Under the pieces are notes generated by a model, which was not told the origin of the DNA, did not search any database, and worked only from the letters and a program-made list of their open reading frames with translations. A DNA stretch of 63,815 nucleotides, counting the filler, from Octopus bimaculoides (taxonomy: Eukaryota): assembly GCF_001194135.2 (NCBI RefSeq). It is 8 parts of 8 records of this genome, joined end to end, with 100 filler letters (N's around TTAATTAATTAA, not from the genome) between each part and the next. Parts side by side here need not be neighbours in the genome. Positions count along the whole stretch, not along the records: positions 7,703 to 20,171 come from NC_068999.1; positions 20,272 to 38,921 come from NC_068992.1; 6 more parts are not named here. One strand, given 5' to 3'. Both the position numbers and the translations under genes were made by a program. Shown here in pieces: positions 11,383-24,258 of the stretch. The first letter of the stretch is position 1; the number at the start of each line of letters is the position of its first letter.

Positions 11383-12392
11383 ATGTTAGACCTTTCTGAA
11401 ACATTAAGGATGACCAAAGTAATGATTATGAGGTTGAGGCCCTGTTCTCTAGTCTTGCCTTAGTTTACTGGACTGATAAGTGGTTCCACTTCTGCTTGTG
11501 GTGTTAATGTTTCTGAATTCTCAATCTGGTACTTTGCTGACCACATGGTTATGAGTTCAAGCATTATCCGATCTACTATGTCTTGGCATCTTGCCTCAGT
11601 TTCCAAGACTGCTGACTGGTTCCTACACCAACCTCAAAGTCGATTGGTTAAGCAGTAGGATGGGCATACAGCTGTGAAAACAATTACTGCACAATTTGTC
11701 TTTTTTTCTTCTGCAAATGTGCAACTTTGCAAAAAACACCTTAGCCAAGATAGCACCAAAATTTGGATGTAAAATGCATGAAAATAAAAAAAAATTTTAA
11801 AAATGAAGAATCATAGAAAACACAAACAAAAGTAAAAATTCTCGTGTCTGATGGTTTTCGTTAAGAGTGAATGAAGAATTTGCTTGGCATTTCTGCAAGA
11901 AAGAACTTGGGTTGGGTCATAAGAAACTATTTTTGAAATCTTGCCCAAAAGCAATATTGTTAAATTATTTGTTTAAATTTAATTGAATATTTTTCTGTTA
12001 TGTTTGTTGTTGTGTTTGTTGTTTTTGTGCAGCCCCTGTTCCTGTTCTAGCAAACGGTTTGTCAAATAACTATGTCTGATTTATAGATAAAATGTTTTAG
12101 ATACATCAGGTCTCTTTAGAAAAGTCCAGGATGCCACAATGACAATTGTCAGTTTTATTGCCTGGTATCAATGTACGATGGGTTTAACGCTTTTGAAACC
12201 ACAACCTGCACAAGATCAATCCAGATTCTGTGATACAAACTTCTTTTTATAAAAGAATCCCAGTTGAAACTAATCGAAGTTTCACGTTAATTTGTTTCAA
12301 ATACCAACTTAATTAATAATGGTCTTGTTTCAGTAAGTTCTTCATGATTTTCAAAATTAATTGAAATAAAAACTGTGTATTTTAACAGAAGT

Positions 12393-12795
12393 ATTTAAAT
12401 TGGCACTCTGTCGGTTACAGCAATGAGGGTTCTAGCTGATCCGATCAATGGAGCAGCCTGCTTATGAAATTAAGATGCAACTGGCTGAGTACTCCATAGA
12501 CATGCATACCCTAAATGTAGTTCTCAGGGAGATTTAGCGTATTTAAATTGGCACTCTGTCAGTTACAGAAATGAGGGTTCTAGTTGATTCGATCAATGGA
12601 GCAGCTTACTTATGAAATTAACATGCAAGTGGCTGAGTGCTCCACAGACGTGCATACCCTAAATGTAGTTCTCAGGGAGATTTAGCATATTTAAATTGGC
12701 ACTCTGTCGGTTACAGAAATGAGGGTTCTAGTTGATCCGATCAATGGAGCAGCTTGCTTATGAAATTAACATGCAAGTGGCTGAGTGCTCCACAG
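12393..12795 (+). repeat. 148-bp tandem repeat, ~2.7 copies
   Basis: Units start ATTTAAATTGGCACTCTGTC at 12393, 12541, 12689 (exact 148-bp period). Confidence 0.9.
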
Positions 12796-13431
12796 CCTAT
12801 ACAGTTTTGCTTGTGGATTTGGTAAACAGAAACTGAAAGAAGCTTGTTGTATTTCCATGTCTTTATCTTGACATGGTGGTAAGTGAGTATTACCATCGTA
12901 TATGGGACATTGTTCGTTTCCAGTCTTCAGTGGAACGGATGTCTGACCATGAGGAAATGTTGCCTTGCTTGGAAACAAGAGGTTAAGGGTTGGTGACAGG
13001 AAGAGCATCCTGGCAGAGAAAAAGAAAATCAAGTTGGCCTCAACAAATTTCATCTGATCCATGGAAGCACAGTGAGGTGAATATGAAAACAACGATGACA
13101 TGTGTGTGTGTGTGTGTGTGTGTATGCATAGCAGCAGCAGTAGCAATACTGTCCTAGATATGTGAGCAATATTTTAATGTGGGTCAGATTTGAGCTTTCT
13201 AGAAGGTCAACAACTGACCCGGGTTGAAGTGTGTTTTGAAAGTTTCACCGAAAATAAATTGGCTTCTTAATTAGGCTAAAAGCTAAAACAAGGAGGCCAC
13301 AAATTGATAGTGGAACGGGTGGCGTTGTGGATAATATAGAAATGATTGTCAATGGCTCAACCAAGCTTTTAGCTAATTTACCTCCACCATGAGAGAGAAA
13401 TCACTACTTGAGAACTATTAATGGTGTACAG

Positions 13432-13481
<50 letters not shown>

Positions 13482-14202
13482 NNNNNNNNNNNNNNNNNNN
13501 NNNNNNNNNNNNNNNNNNNNNNNNNNNNNNNNNNNNNNNNNNNNNNNNNNNNNNNNNNNNNNNNNNNNNNNNNNNNNNNNNNNNNNNNNNNNNNNNNNNN
13601 NNNNNNNNNNNNNNNNNNNNNNNNNNNNNNNNNNNNNNNNNNNNNNNNNNNNNNNNNNNNNNNNNNNNNNNNNNNNNNNNNNNNNNNNNNNNNNNNNNNN
13701 NNNNNNNNNNNNNNNNNNNNNNNNNNNNNNNNNNNNNNNNNNNNNNNNNNNNNNNNNNNNNNNNNNNNNNNNNNNNNNNNNNNNNNNNNNNNNNNNNNNN
13801 NNNNNNNNNNNNNNNNNNNNNNNNNNNNNNNNNNNNNNNNNNNNNNNNNNNNNNNNNNNNNNNNNNNNNNNNNNNNNNNNNNNNNNNNNNNNNNNNNNNN
13901 NNNNNNNNNNNNNNNNNNNNNNNNNNNNNNNNNNNNNNNTAAGGCACACCACTTCAGCTTTTTGTGTCCAGTAAAAATTCTTGTTGATCTACACCATTAC
14001 TAACCTACCAATGTCAGCAAATATAGTTAGCTACAAGCATGGCAAGGTAGTTAAGGAGTCCATCTTGCAACCATATCGTTTTGGGTTCAGTTCCAATGCA
14101 CTGCACCTTGGACAAGTGTCTTCTGTTGTTGTCTTATGTCAGCTAATTCCTTGTAACTGGATTTGGTTGACAGAAATTGAAAGACACACACACACATCCA
14201 CA

Positions 14203-14293
14203 CATTTGACGGATATTTGTCCTCAAGATGAGGACAAATATCTGTCAAATGTAAATAATGTACATAATTCCTCATCTCTTAAATATAGAACTG
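14203..14293. mobile_element. Penelope-like terminal fragment in inverted arrangement (23-bp arms)
   Basis: CATTTGACGGATATTTGTCCTCA-AGA-TGAGGACAAATATCTGTCAAATG; same sequence as the PLE terminus at 22830-22910. Confidence 0.65.
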
Positions 14294-15062
14294 TATTACT
14301 AGTTTTATGTTCAAACCAGCTAAGTCCAGCCTCTCACACCTACCCTACAATGTTATTCTAAATGTACACGATCATCAAGATCTCAAAACTCCGAGATAAT
14401 CCATGATCAATTCAAAACAATGTTAATAAACAAAAATTGCCTTTCACAGAGTAACCTGAATGCTAAAGGGTTCTTCATAGGTTTGGTCCAGCAGGACTGG
14501 CCCGGGGCTAAACAACGATTCTATTACAGCCCCTTTCCTATGATTATTAGAGCTAACAAGAGAACCTCCTAGGGAGAGGAGTGTCACTTGTTCTACTAGA
14601 AATAGCAGTCAAATTTCTCACTACGTCTTACCATACTAATCAAACAAATAGTATTTATTGAATAATAAACTAAGGTTTACAATGTCTGAAAAACCTGACC
14701 AGACAAGATGTCTGCTGGGTCAAGGCTGACCTGGAGTTAAACAACAACAACAGCAACAACAACATTATTACTACTACTACTATTATCTTTATAGCACTAC
14801 CTGCTCCTTCACACCCTACCAACCCACCCACATTCCCAGGAATGTGACTCCTTTGAATGCTGAAATATTAAATAAAGGCTTTCTCTAAACAAACCAGTTT
14901 GTTTTAACTTCCAGAGTCCATGTTTGTCCATATATACAATTGGAAGGTCAAGGAAATAGACTCGGGGGTGGAGGGGAGGTTGTGCGTAGGTGGGGGAATT
15001 ACCCCGTCCCCCCCCTTGTTCAACTCTGGACCTTGTGACCTTGGCAACTCTGACATCTCTTT

Positions 15063-15456
15063 AATACTCTTTTACTCTTTTACTTGTTTCAGTCATTTGA
15101 CTGCAGCCATGCTGGAGCACCACCTTTGGTTGAGCAAATCGACCCCAGGACTCATTCTTTGCAAGCCTAGTACTTGTTCTATCGGTCTCGTTTGCTGAAC
15201 CGCTAAGTTAAAGGGGACATAAACGCACCAGCATCGGTTGTCAAGCGATGTTGGGAGGGGGGGACAAACGCAGACGCACAAACATATACACACACACATA
15301 CATATATACGACGGGCTTCTTTCAGTTTCCATCTACCGTATCCACTCACAAGGCTTTTGTCGGTCCGAGGCTATAGTAGAAGACACTTGCCCGAGGTGCC
15401 ATGCAGTGGGACTGAACCCGGAACCATGTGGTTGGTAAGCAAGCTACTTACCACAC
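15063..15456 (-). mobile_element. SINE family A, full length
   Basis: Complete tail-to-head match to other copies; head ends AAGCAAGCTACTTACCACAC. Confidence 0.9.
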
Positions 15457-16084
15457 ACCCACTCCCACTGTTCAGTGTTGTTCAATATCTTTTATTCTCT
15501 GGAACATTAAACAAAACCACCTCAACTTTGCACAAAAAAAAAAAGAAAAGCAAAAAAACCACTCAGCGAAAAAAAACTCTTGCTAAACTATAATCGGATC
15601 TTCAATTTTTCTGTTATGTTTTCCATTACTTGTCTCCCTCACCTTCAAGGTGGCAGTACCCCCCACCTTGTGAAATGCTGTTTTGGTACATCGGCAAGAA
15701 TACTCATCGCTTTGTTATGGCACCAGATATATTCTCTAAGGGCAGACTTGTCAGCTGCTAGAACAAAGCTCTCTGTACACAAATTTATACTCTCACATAT
15801 GTACATCACTACACACACATGCAAGCACACATGCACACACACATGCACGCACACACATGTGGTTCATAAATATACAAAAATAAAAAAGCCATGACAGATG
15901 TAAGATCAACAAACAGGGTGAATTAGTTTGATGCTCAGGTAAATGGAAGAAGGCTTTGATGTTTCGAGCCTATGCTCTTCTACAAATAGAAATGAGAAGA
16001 GAAAACCTGGAGAGAAGACAAAAAATGGAGAGAAAAAAACACGTCTCAAATAGTGTATGACATATCTTTCTTTCTAGCTATTTG

Positions 16085-16163
<79 letters not shown>

Positions 16164-16765
16164 NNNNNNNNNNNNNNNNNNNNNNNNNNNNNNNNNNNNN
16201 NNNNNNNNNNNNNNNNNNNNNNNNNNNNNNNNNNNNNNNNNNNNNNNNNNNNNNNNNNNNNNNNNNNNNNNNNNNNNNNNNNNNNNNNNNNNNNNNNNNN
16301 NNNNNNNNNNNNNNNNNNNNNNNNNNNNNNNNNNNNNNNNNNNNNNNNNNNNNNNNNNNNNNNNNNNNNNNNNNNNNNNNNNNNNNNNNNNNNNNNNNNN
16401 NNNNNNNNNNNNNNNNNNNNNNNNNNNNNNNNNNNNNNNNNNNNNNNNNNNNNNNNNNNNNNNNNNNNNNNNNNNNNNNNNNNNNNNNNNNNNNNNNNNN
16501 NNNNNNNNNNNNNNNNNNNNNNNNNNNNNNNNNNNNNNNNNNNNNNNNNNNNNNNNNNNNNNNNNNNNNNNNNNNNNNNNNNNNNNNNNNNNNNNNNNNN
16601 NNNNNNNNNNNNNNNNNNNNNNNNNNNNNNNNNNNNNNNNNNNNNNNNNNNNNNNNNNNNNNNNNNNNNNNNNNNNNNNNNNNNNNNNNNNNNNNNNNNN
16701 NNNNNNNNNNNNNNNNNNNNNNNNNNNNNNNNNNNNNNNNNNNNNNNNNNNNNNNNNNNNNNNNN

Positions 16766-16818
<53 letters not shown>

Positions 16819-16918
16819 CATATGTATGTATATGTGTGTATATGTATATTTTATATATATATCTATGTGTATGTATGTATGTGTGTGTGTGTATATATAT
16901 ATACATATATATATATAC

Positions 16919-16959
<41 letters not shown>

Positions 16960-17154
16960 AGATACTACAATGATATATTAATATATTAAGACATATTTAA
17001 CATATAGTATAAATGGCTCATTAGCAATTAAAAACCAAAAAGTAATTAATCAATAAAGGCTACAAAATAGCACCAGCAATTGCTAGAACTAAGAGTTAAA
17101 ATTAACTCTGAAAGCCACAAAAACTTCATTATATTTACGGGCAGGTGTTAGAAA

Positions 17155-17522
17155 ACATGCAATCCACCAAACAGAAACCTTCATCATGGTAAGTTCATTG
17201 TGCAGAATACTCTCAACTTCCCTACAGGATATGCTAATAGCATTGGTTATTTGATTTACAGTCAATCACCTGTCTTCCATCAGCATGTGGTGAACATGGT
17301 CAATGTTTCCCTTGGTGGTGGCACATGCAGGATGTCCAGATCCTGGGCCATCATCAAGACTCTCCATTCCCCTGCTAAATCCAGTTACTCACTTTTGCAT
17401 TGTTGATAAAGCTGGAGCGTCATCCCCTAATATAGGAACCATGTCCACATGAATGTCCTTGGAGGCTAAACCCTTTTTCTGCAGGCACTTGATAAAAAAC
17501 CATGATCTCAAATTTTGTCCAT
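17155..17522 (-). pseudogene. Decayed mariner transposase, N-terminal HTH region
   Basis: With frameshifts and stops: MDKI..IKCLQKKGLASKDIHVDMVPILGDDAPALSTMQK*VTGFSRGMESLDDGPGSGHPACATTKGNIDHVHHMLMEDR*LTVNQITNAISIS..ILHNEL. Confidence 0.85.
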
Positions 17523-17699
17523 TTTCAACAAAACTCAATACCAGTTACCTTTTCCAGTGTTCTTTGAACAGTCAGATGTCAGTTTACCTGGAAAGAAACA
17601 ATTCAGTTATTCATACGAAGGGCTGAGATTAAGGTATGCAAGATTTCACAGCTCTATCATCACTCCTTCATAGTCAGCCTGTGGACCTTTCAACCCACT

Positions 17700-18030
17700 C
17701 TTGTATATATCTCCCTATCTCTATCTGCCTATCTATATATCTATCTTCCTGTCTATTTATCTATCTACCTGTCTATCTATCTATCTACCTACCTCTCTTT
17801 CTACTTCTCCATCTATCTGCCTGTCTGTCTATCTATCTCTTTCTATTTATCTATCTACCTATCTCTATCTATCTGTCTACCTATCTCTATCTATCTCCCT
17901 ATCACTATCTCTCTATCTACCTGTCTCCATCTACCTACCTATCTCTATCTACCTGCCTATCTCTGTCTACCTGCCTATTTCTATCTACCTACCCATCTCT
18001 ACGTACATACCTACCTATCTATTTATCTAT
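17700..18030. repeat. Degenerate (ATCT/ACCT)n tetranucleotide array
   Basis: Directly visible. Confidence 0.9.
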
Positions 18031-18122
18031 CTTTTTTTGTAGTGTGCATGTTTTTCTGTTTTATTAGCTGTTATGTACATTTTAACATAGTTGTAATAAC
18101 TGTATTTCATTACACACACATA

Positions 18123-18162
<40 letters not shown>

Positions 18163-19254
18163 NNNNNNNNNNNNNNNNNNNNNNNNNNNNNNNNNNNNNN
18201 NNNNNNNNNNNNNNNNNNNNNNNNNNNNNNNNNNNNNNNNNNNNNNNNNNNNNNNNNNNNNNNNNNNNNNNNNNNNNNNNNNNNNNNNNNNNNNNNNNNN
18301 NNNNNNNNNNNNNNNNNNNNNNNNNNNNNNNNNNNNNNNNNNNNNNNNNNNNNNNNNNNNNNNNNNNNNNNNNNNNNNNNNNNNNNNNNNNNNNNNNNNN
18401 NNNNNNNNGGTGGTGGAGGATGTGTTGTGTGGGTGTTCTGTTCCATGATATTTCTTCAACCTTGAATATTTGCTAACTCTCTCTCCCGTCCCCCCTCCCT
18501 CCTCTCCCGTCCCCTCTCTCTATGGTATATACAGGTCTCAACTGCCCCTTCCATCCCTGCCAACCCCTACCATATACATTAGAGTACTACAGAAGCAGCT
18601 GGGACAGTAATTTCGTTACACACACACACAGATTGCACACATGCTTGCACATGCATACCCTCATGCATGAATGCACACCCCACCTACACACATGCACACA
18701 CATTCTTTTACACACATGCACCCACACACTCACATGTACATGCACACATATTCTAGGTCACAGTTGGTGCTGAAGTGTCAGGGACTAAAGCTTCAGATAA
18801 TCCCTTGTAGTAATTGGTTTTAATCCTGTAAGTTTTAAGTTCAAATCCCTTCAAAGTCAGCATTAACTTTTATCCCCCCAGGCTCACTAAAACACCAGTC
18901 TAGGGTGGTGGAATTGGTAGAACATCAAACAAGGGACCTGTATTTGTTCTGGCTTTTTGAATCCCGAAGACAATGCCTGTGAAAGTACTGACACCAAGTT
19001 ATACCAGCTCTTACCATTCTCTTGGATTGATATTGATGGCATAGATGAGGAACGGCTACACATTTTCCACAAAATACCATTTTTAAGCATCAACTGAGAC
19101 ACTTTCTAGTATTTGCTTTGGTTCTTTGAGATGTGAAGATAATGCCAGAGACAATACTGGCACCGTGAATAATTGCAAGTTTCCCCACAAGATATGGTGC
19201 TGAAGCCAGCATTTTGGAGAAGAACTTTCTGCGTTTATAACTTTAGAAGACACA

Positions 19255-19425
19255 TAGTCAGTCACCATCATTCATGATCTTGTGCTAAACACTGTTTTCT
19301 TCAGTGGTGGCAGTTGCAGGATATCCAGACCCTGGGTCACCATCAGGACTCTCCCTTCCTAAATTCATTGACCCACTTTTGTACTGTTGATAAAGTTGGA
19401 GTGCATCATCCCCTAAGGTCTTACA
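19255..19425 (-). pseudogene. Second decayed copy of the same mariner transposase region
   Basis: Homologous to 17290-17430 (TGTTGATAAAG(C/T)TGGAG(C/T)G..CATCCCCTAA; ATCCAGA(T/C)CCTGGG). Confidence 0.75.
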
Positions 19426-19559
19426 ATATTTTAGGCTACTTTAATCCCTGCCCATGTTCAATCCACGGCTGGAAAAAGGCCTGTTTGTTCTCTCCACCAA
19501 CCACAATCTGATGTTTTCCTCATCCATGTTTCGGTGCCGAAGAATTTAACAACAAAGTC

Positions 19560-19790
19560 TTCATTCCAGCTTCTGCACGGTCTTCCTCCACCCCCTTATT
19601 TCTGGATGTAGTGTCCATTCTGTCAATTTGTTCCATCTGCTGTCCCTTTTTCTAAACACATGTCCTGCAAAAGGAAGGGCCCCTTTTGCTGATTGACAAA
19701 ACTCTTTCAGCAACACAGTACAACTACAGATCAACAAGGGGCTGTTTTCTTTCACTTCTTTGTAGCTGAGCCTTAGGGATCTCAGCACCG
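19560..19790 (-). mobile_element. RTE-clade LINE ORF2 C-terminal fragment
   Basis: FAGHVFRKRDSRWNKLTEW resembles the RTE motif (W/F)AGHVxRxxDxRW. Confidence 0.65.
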
Positions 19791-19872
19791 ATCACACAAA
19801 TAAGATCAATGGTATCCGAACCATGGCCATCCAGCCTTTTTACTTTTTTACCAACTTATCCTGGGACACATT

Positions 19873-20171
19873 ACTCTTTTACTCTTTTACTTGTTTCTGT
19901 CATTTGACTGTGGCCATGCTGGAGCACCACCTTTAGTCGAGCAAATCGACCCCAGGACTTATTCTTTGGAAGCCTAGTACTTATTCTATTGGTCTCTTTT
20001 GCTGAACCGCTAAGTTACGGGGACGTAAACACACCAGCATTGGTTGTCAAGCGATGTTGGGTGGGGGGGACAAACACACACACACACATATATATATACA
20101 TATATACGACTGGATTCTTTCAGTTTCCGTCTACCAAATCCACTCACAAGGCTTTGGTCAGCCCGAGGCTA
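19873..20171 (-). mobile_element. SINE family A, truncated by a scaffold join
   Basis: Near-consensus tail and body. Confidence 0.9.
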
Positions 20172-20369
20172 NNNNNNNNNNNNNNNNNNNNNNNNNNNNN
20201 NNNNNNNNNNNNNNNTTAATTAATTAANNNNNNNNNNNNNNNNNNNNNNNNNNNNNNNNNNNNNNNNNNNNGTGGTGGTGGTGGTGGTGGTGGTGGTGTA
20301 GTAGTAGTTAAGGCGAAATAGATGTTATAGGGAGAGAGAGATTAAAGTGAATGAGAGACAAAGATGGGT

Positions 20370-20429
<60 letters not shown>

Positions 20430-21093
20430 GAGAGTGGTAACATTCATCAAGTAGTTGTGCATGAGTTTGTTAAAAATACTGAAGACAACAAAAAAATATG
20501 ACGTATCAAAACTGTTAGTTAATTACCATATAATAGTGTTGCGTCATCAATATTTGTGCATAAATCTACGGTCAATATAAACTTTGTAAACAAAAGCAAA
20601 ACCTGAACATTACCAGACAGTATTTGTAAATAATTTATATTAAAACTAACTACATTAAAGTTGTAATTACTATTAAGATAGCATGTTTTATCTCAAATAT
20701 AGTTTTATAAGTTATTATAAGAATTTCAACGGTATATTTATGAGAAACTTGCTTAATTGAATTTATAGTAAAATACCAATACATTGCCACGTATAGAAGA
20801 CTCAACGTCCATCTACACCATTTAATTAATATATCATATTATTTTATATTGAATTACATTATATTATATATATTTTCCATCAATATTACATCTACTAACC
20901 ATTTTTAATGCTTATCATCAATGGTAATTATATTTCATGCTAGTTTCTAAGAGTCTGTTTTACATGCATAAACACATGAAAAACCAGTCTCTATTTTAGC
21001 ATTTAAGAGACGTTTCCTAGAATATAAGATCAAGTATAATTCTTCTAGCGTTTCCAGGTTTATTAGCAGTTGCCTTGCTTATAATCTCCCACT

Positions 21094-21640
21094 CTACAGA
21101 AAACCTTTTTTCTTGTCTTTCAAGTCCCAAATAAATTTACTGAAGCTGGTAGAAGACCTGTTTCTATTATTAAAAGTATATATATGGTTAAAGATGCGTT
21201 TCTTAATAAAATTCTGCATAACCCCTATATAGAAGGAACTTTTACCCTCAGATATCACCTTACATTGACAACGATGATGTACAAGGAAACGGCAATCATC
21301 TGTGAATTTGGAGCAGTCACCATGCACGTATGTAAAATAAACTTGATGCCAGCTCAAATATGTTTCAAAGATATTGGAACCTGCAAAAATACTTTGTCGT
21401 GGAAAAAGATTCTCGCTAGAGACAAAAAGGCATAAAACTGGTCAGTTGCGAGCCCCTCTTGGACTTGTAGATACATGCGTTTCGAAATAATCATCTTTTC
21501 ATCGGAACCAAATACCAAAGAGAGACAATTCTGAACTAAGAAACTGGGTTTCTTAGTTTAAATTTTAAAAAATTTACAGTGAAATTTCTCTTGTATGGAG
21601 TGAATGGAAAGTAGGAATATTTTTGCTACGACCAAAGATA
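21094..21640 (-). mobile_element. Penelope-like element fragment (GIY-YIG endonuclease region), decayed
   Basis: CKVISEGKSSFYIGVMQNFIKKRIFNHIYTFNNRNRSSTSFSKFIWDLKD fits the PLE YIG...KxRxxxH...F...TxLSKxIWxLK pattern. Confidence 0.75.
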
Positions 21641-22829
21641 TCCATGTCCACAATAAACTTCGTTTGGTCTCGCATCCCCGACTTTCCTGCGCAACAATGT
21701 GTCATTCTATAGAAATTTGTCTGCTATTTCTAGCTGAGTAATCTACTGCATATCGATTCTTCGCATATATATACGCATGCATACATACACAAGACGAGTT
21801 TCTTTCAGCCAAATTTCTTCACAGAGCATTGACATATCCATGATTGTTGTAGAAGACGTTTGCCCAACGTGCCATGCAGTGAGGTTGAAACCGAAAACTC
21901 ACGCAATTACGATGCTAAGACGACACAATGCTAAGACTACACAAGCATGTCTGGAAAGAATTGAATACATTGAAGGCTGTCTGTAAATATTGTGGCTTTG
22001 TATTTGGTGTCCTGCCAACAGTTTCAGAGCTGATAAGAAAAGGAGAGGAGTCTTTAGTGATAAATATACTTTTGTATGAGGAATCAAGTGGATTAGATTC
22101 TTCTGAGAGAAGATATTTGCTTGCTGTAGATTCGATAGATTCCCTTATTTGTTGAATCTTTTGTTCAAGGTGAAGTGAAGTTAAAAGCACTTTCTAGAAA
22201 TAAATCTGCTCTATTCTACGATCTTCTATAACTATTCTACATTCAATTCAATCGTAATATGCTAATCAGTGAAACATCTTGTTATGAAACATTTTCAATA
22301 TTAAGCATTATACGCCGTAGTTGTAATTTCTATGGCAAAAAGAAACGACGCTTGAAGCAACTGTATATAATAGCGCTTTTGCTTGTACATCCAAAAGCAA
22401 GGCTCTGGTCTCTCTCTCTCTTTCTCTTTATATATATATATATATATGTGTGTGTGTGAGTGTGTGTGTATGCGTGTGTGTATCTGTGTCTGTGTCTGTG
22501 TATGTATATCTGCACATCTATACACACACACGCACACACATAAATATGTATTATGACGTAATGAATGATAATGTGTATGAGAGAGATAAAATACAGAGAG
22601 AGAGGAGGAGGAGGGTGAGAGAGAGAGAGAGAGAGGGGGAGAGGATGAGAGAAAAACAGTGGTGTGTGTGTATATACTTCGTAGCGAACCTTAGCGAGTA
22701 ATTTCATTGGCTGAAAAAGATTGACATAAAACTGGTTTCCCTATTTAATTTTGTTCTTTGCAGACACTGAACTACAGGAAGAAAATTTAGGACGAATCGT
22801 GTTTTTTGCATACTTCAGAGTATAATATA

Positions 22830-22995
22830 TATAGTTCTATATTTAAGAGACGAGGAATTATGTACATTATTTACATTATTTACATTTGACGGATATTTGT
22901 CCTCATCTTGTTTGTTGTTAACACAACGTTTCGGCTGATATACTCTCCAGCCTACTTCAGGTGCCCTTGGGAAATTTCGAACCCTGGTTCTCATT
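22830..22995 (-). mobile_element. Penelope-like terminal repeat fragment
   Basis: Carries the hammerhead-like motif below and shares sequence with 14203-14293. Confidence 0.65.
22920..22965 (-). ncRNA. Minimal type I hammerhead ribozyme-like motif (mutated core)
   Basis: GGCAC-CTGAAGTA-GGCTG[GAGAGTATAT]CAGCC-GAAAC-GTT-GTGTT: stem I, stem II, GAAA, palindromic ACGT stem III; the core reads CUGAAGU instead of CUGANGA. Confidence 0.6.
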
Positions 22996-23019
22996 TCTAC
23001 AGGCATTTATAGTATCGGA

Positions 23020-23275
23020 TCCATTTCCTGAACCGCTAAGTTACAGGGACATAAACACACCAACACCAGTTGTCGAGCGATGGTGGGGTACAAACACAAA
23101 TGAACGCACACACATATGTATACGATGGGATTCTCCCAGTTTCCATCTGACAGGTTCATTCACAAACCTTTAGTTGGCCTGAGGCAAAAGTAGAACTCTC
23201 TTTACCAAGGTGTCGCACAGTGAGACTGAACCAAGAACTATAGAGTCGGGATGGAATCTTCTTACCTCACAGGCA
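23020..23275 (-). mobile_element. SINE family A, diverged
   Basis: GAACCGCTAAGTTACAGGGACATAAACACACC...CCAAGGTGTCGCACAGTGAGACTGAACC. Confidence 0.75.
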
Positions 23276-24217
23276 CGGCACGTCTGTGCCTATTTGTATG
23301 TTTATTCATATTATATACGTTAACGGAATAACGGAATAACGGAATACATGATTTCGTCCTTCTTTGCTGAAGGCTGCTGTAGAACGCGAGCAGAGAAACA
23401 GCCTGGAATCGAAACTGCTTTTGTTTAAACGTACATCAGCCAATGAAACCTACCTTTTCTCTCTCTGTTTCACACACATAAGCACGCACACACACCACGC
23501 ATATACACACTTCCATTAGAAACGTCATAATGGATATTTTGCATTTCCCCTCTTGTGTACCGAAACAAGAAAGGAAATGTCCAAATTCTACCTGTAGTTG
23601 TTGTTATTGGTGGTGGTGGTGGTGGTGGTGGTGGTGGTGGTGGNNNNNNNNNNNNNNNNNNNNNNNNNNNNNNNNNNNNNNNNNNNNNNNNNNNNNNNNN
23701 NNNNNNNNNNNNNNNNNNNNNNNNNNNNNNNNNNNNNNNNNNNNNNNNNNNNNNNNNNNNNNNNNNNNNNNNNNNNNNNNNNNNNNNNNNNNNNNNNNNN
23801 NNNNNNNNNNNNNNNNNNNNNNNNNNNNNNNNNNNNNNNNNNNNNNNNNNNNNNNNNNNNNNNNNNNNNNNNNNNNNNNNNNNNNNNNNNNNNNNNNNNN
23901 NNNNNNNNNNNNNNNNNNNNNNNNNNNNNNNNNNNNNNNNNNNNNNNNNNNNNNNNNNNNNNNNNNNNNNNNNNNNNNNNNNNNNNNNNNNNNNNNNNNN
24001 NNNNNNNNNNNNNNNNNNNNNNNNNNNNNNNNNNNNNNNNNNNNNNNNNNNNNNNNNNNNNNNNNNNNNNNNNNNNNNNNNNNNNNNNNNNNNNNNNNNN
24101 NNNNNNNNNNNNNNNNNNNNNNNNNNNNNNNNNNNNNNNNNNNNNNNNNNNNNNNNNNNNNNNNNNNNNNNNNNNNNNNNNNNNNNNNNNNNNNNNNNNN
24201 NNNNNNNNNNNNNNNNN

Positions 24218-24258
<41 letters not shown>

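Noticed and set aside
21915-22190. 91-aa minus-strand ORF as a gene or LINE domain
   Set aside because: No recognisable motif or splice signals; possibly decayed TE but not supportable.
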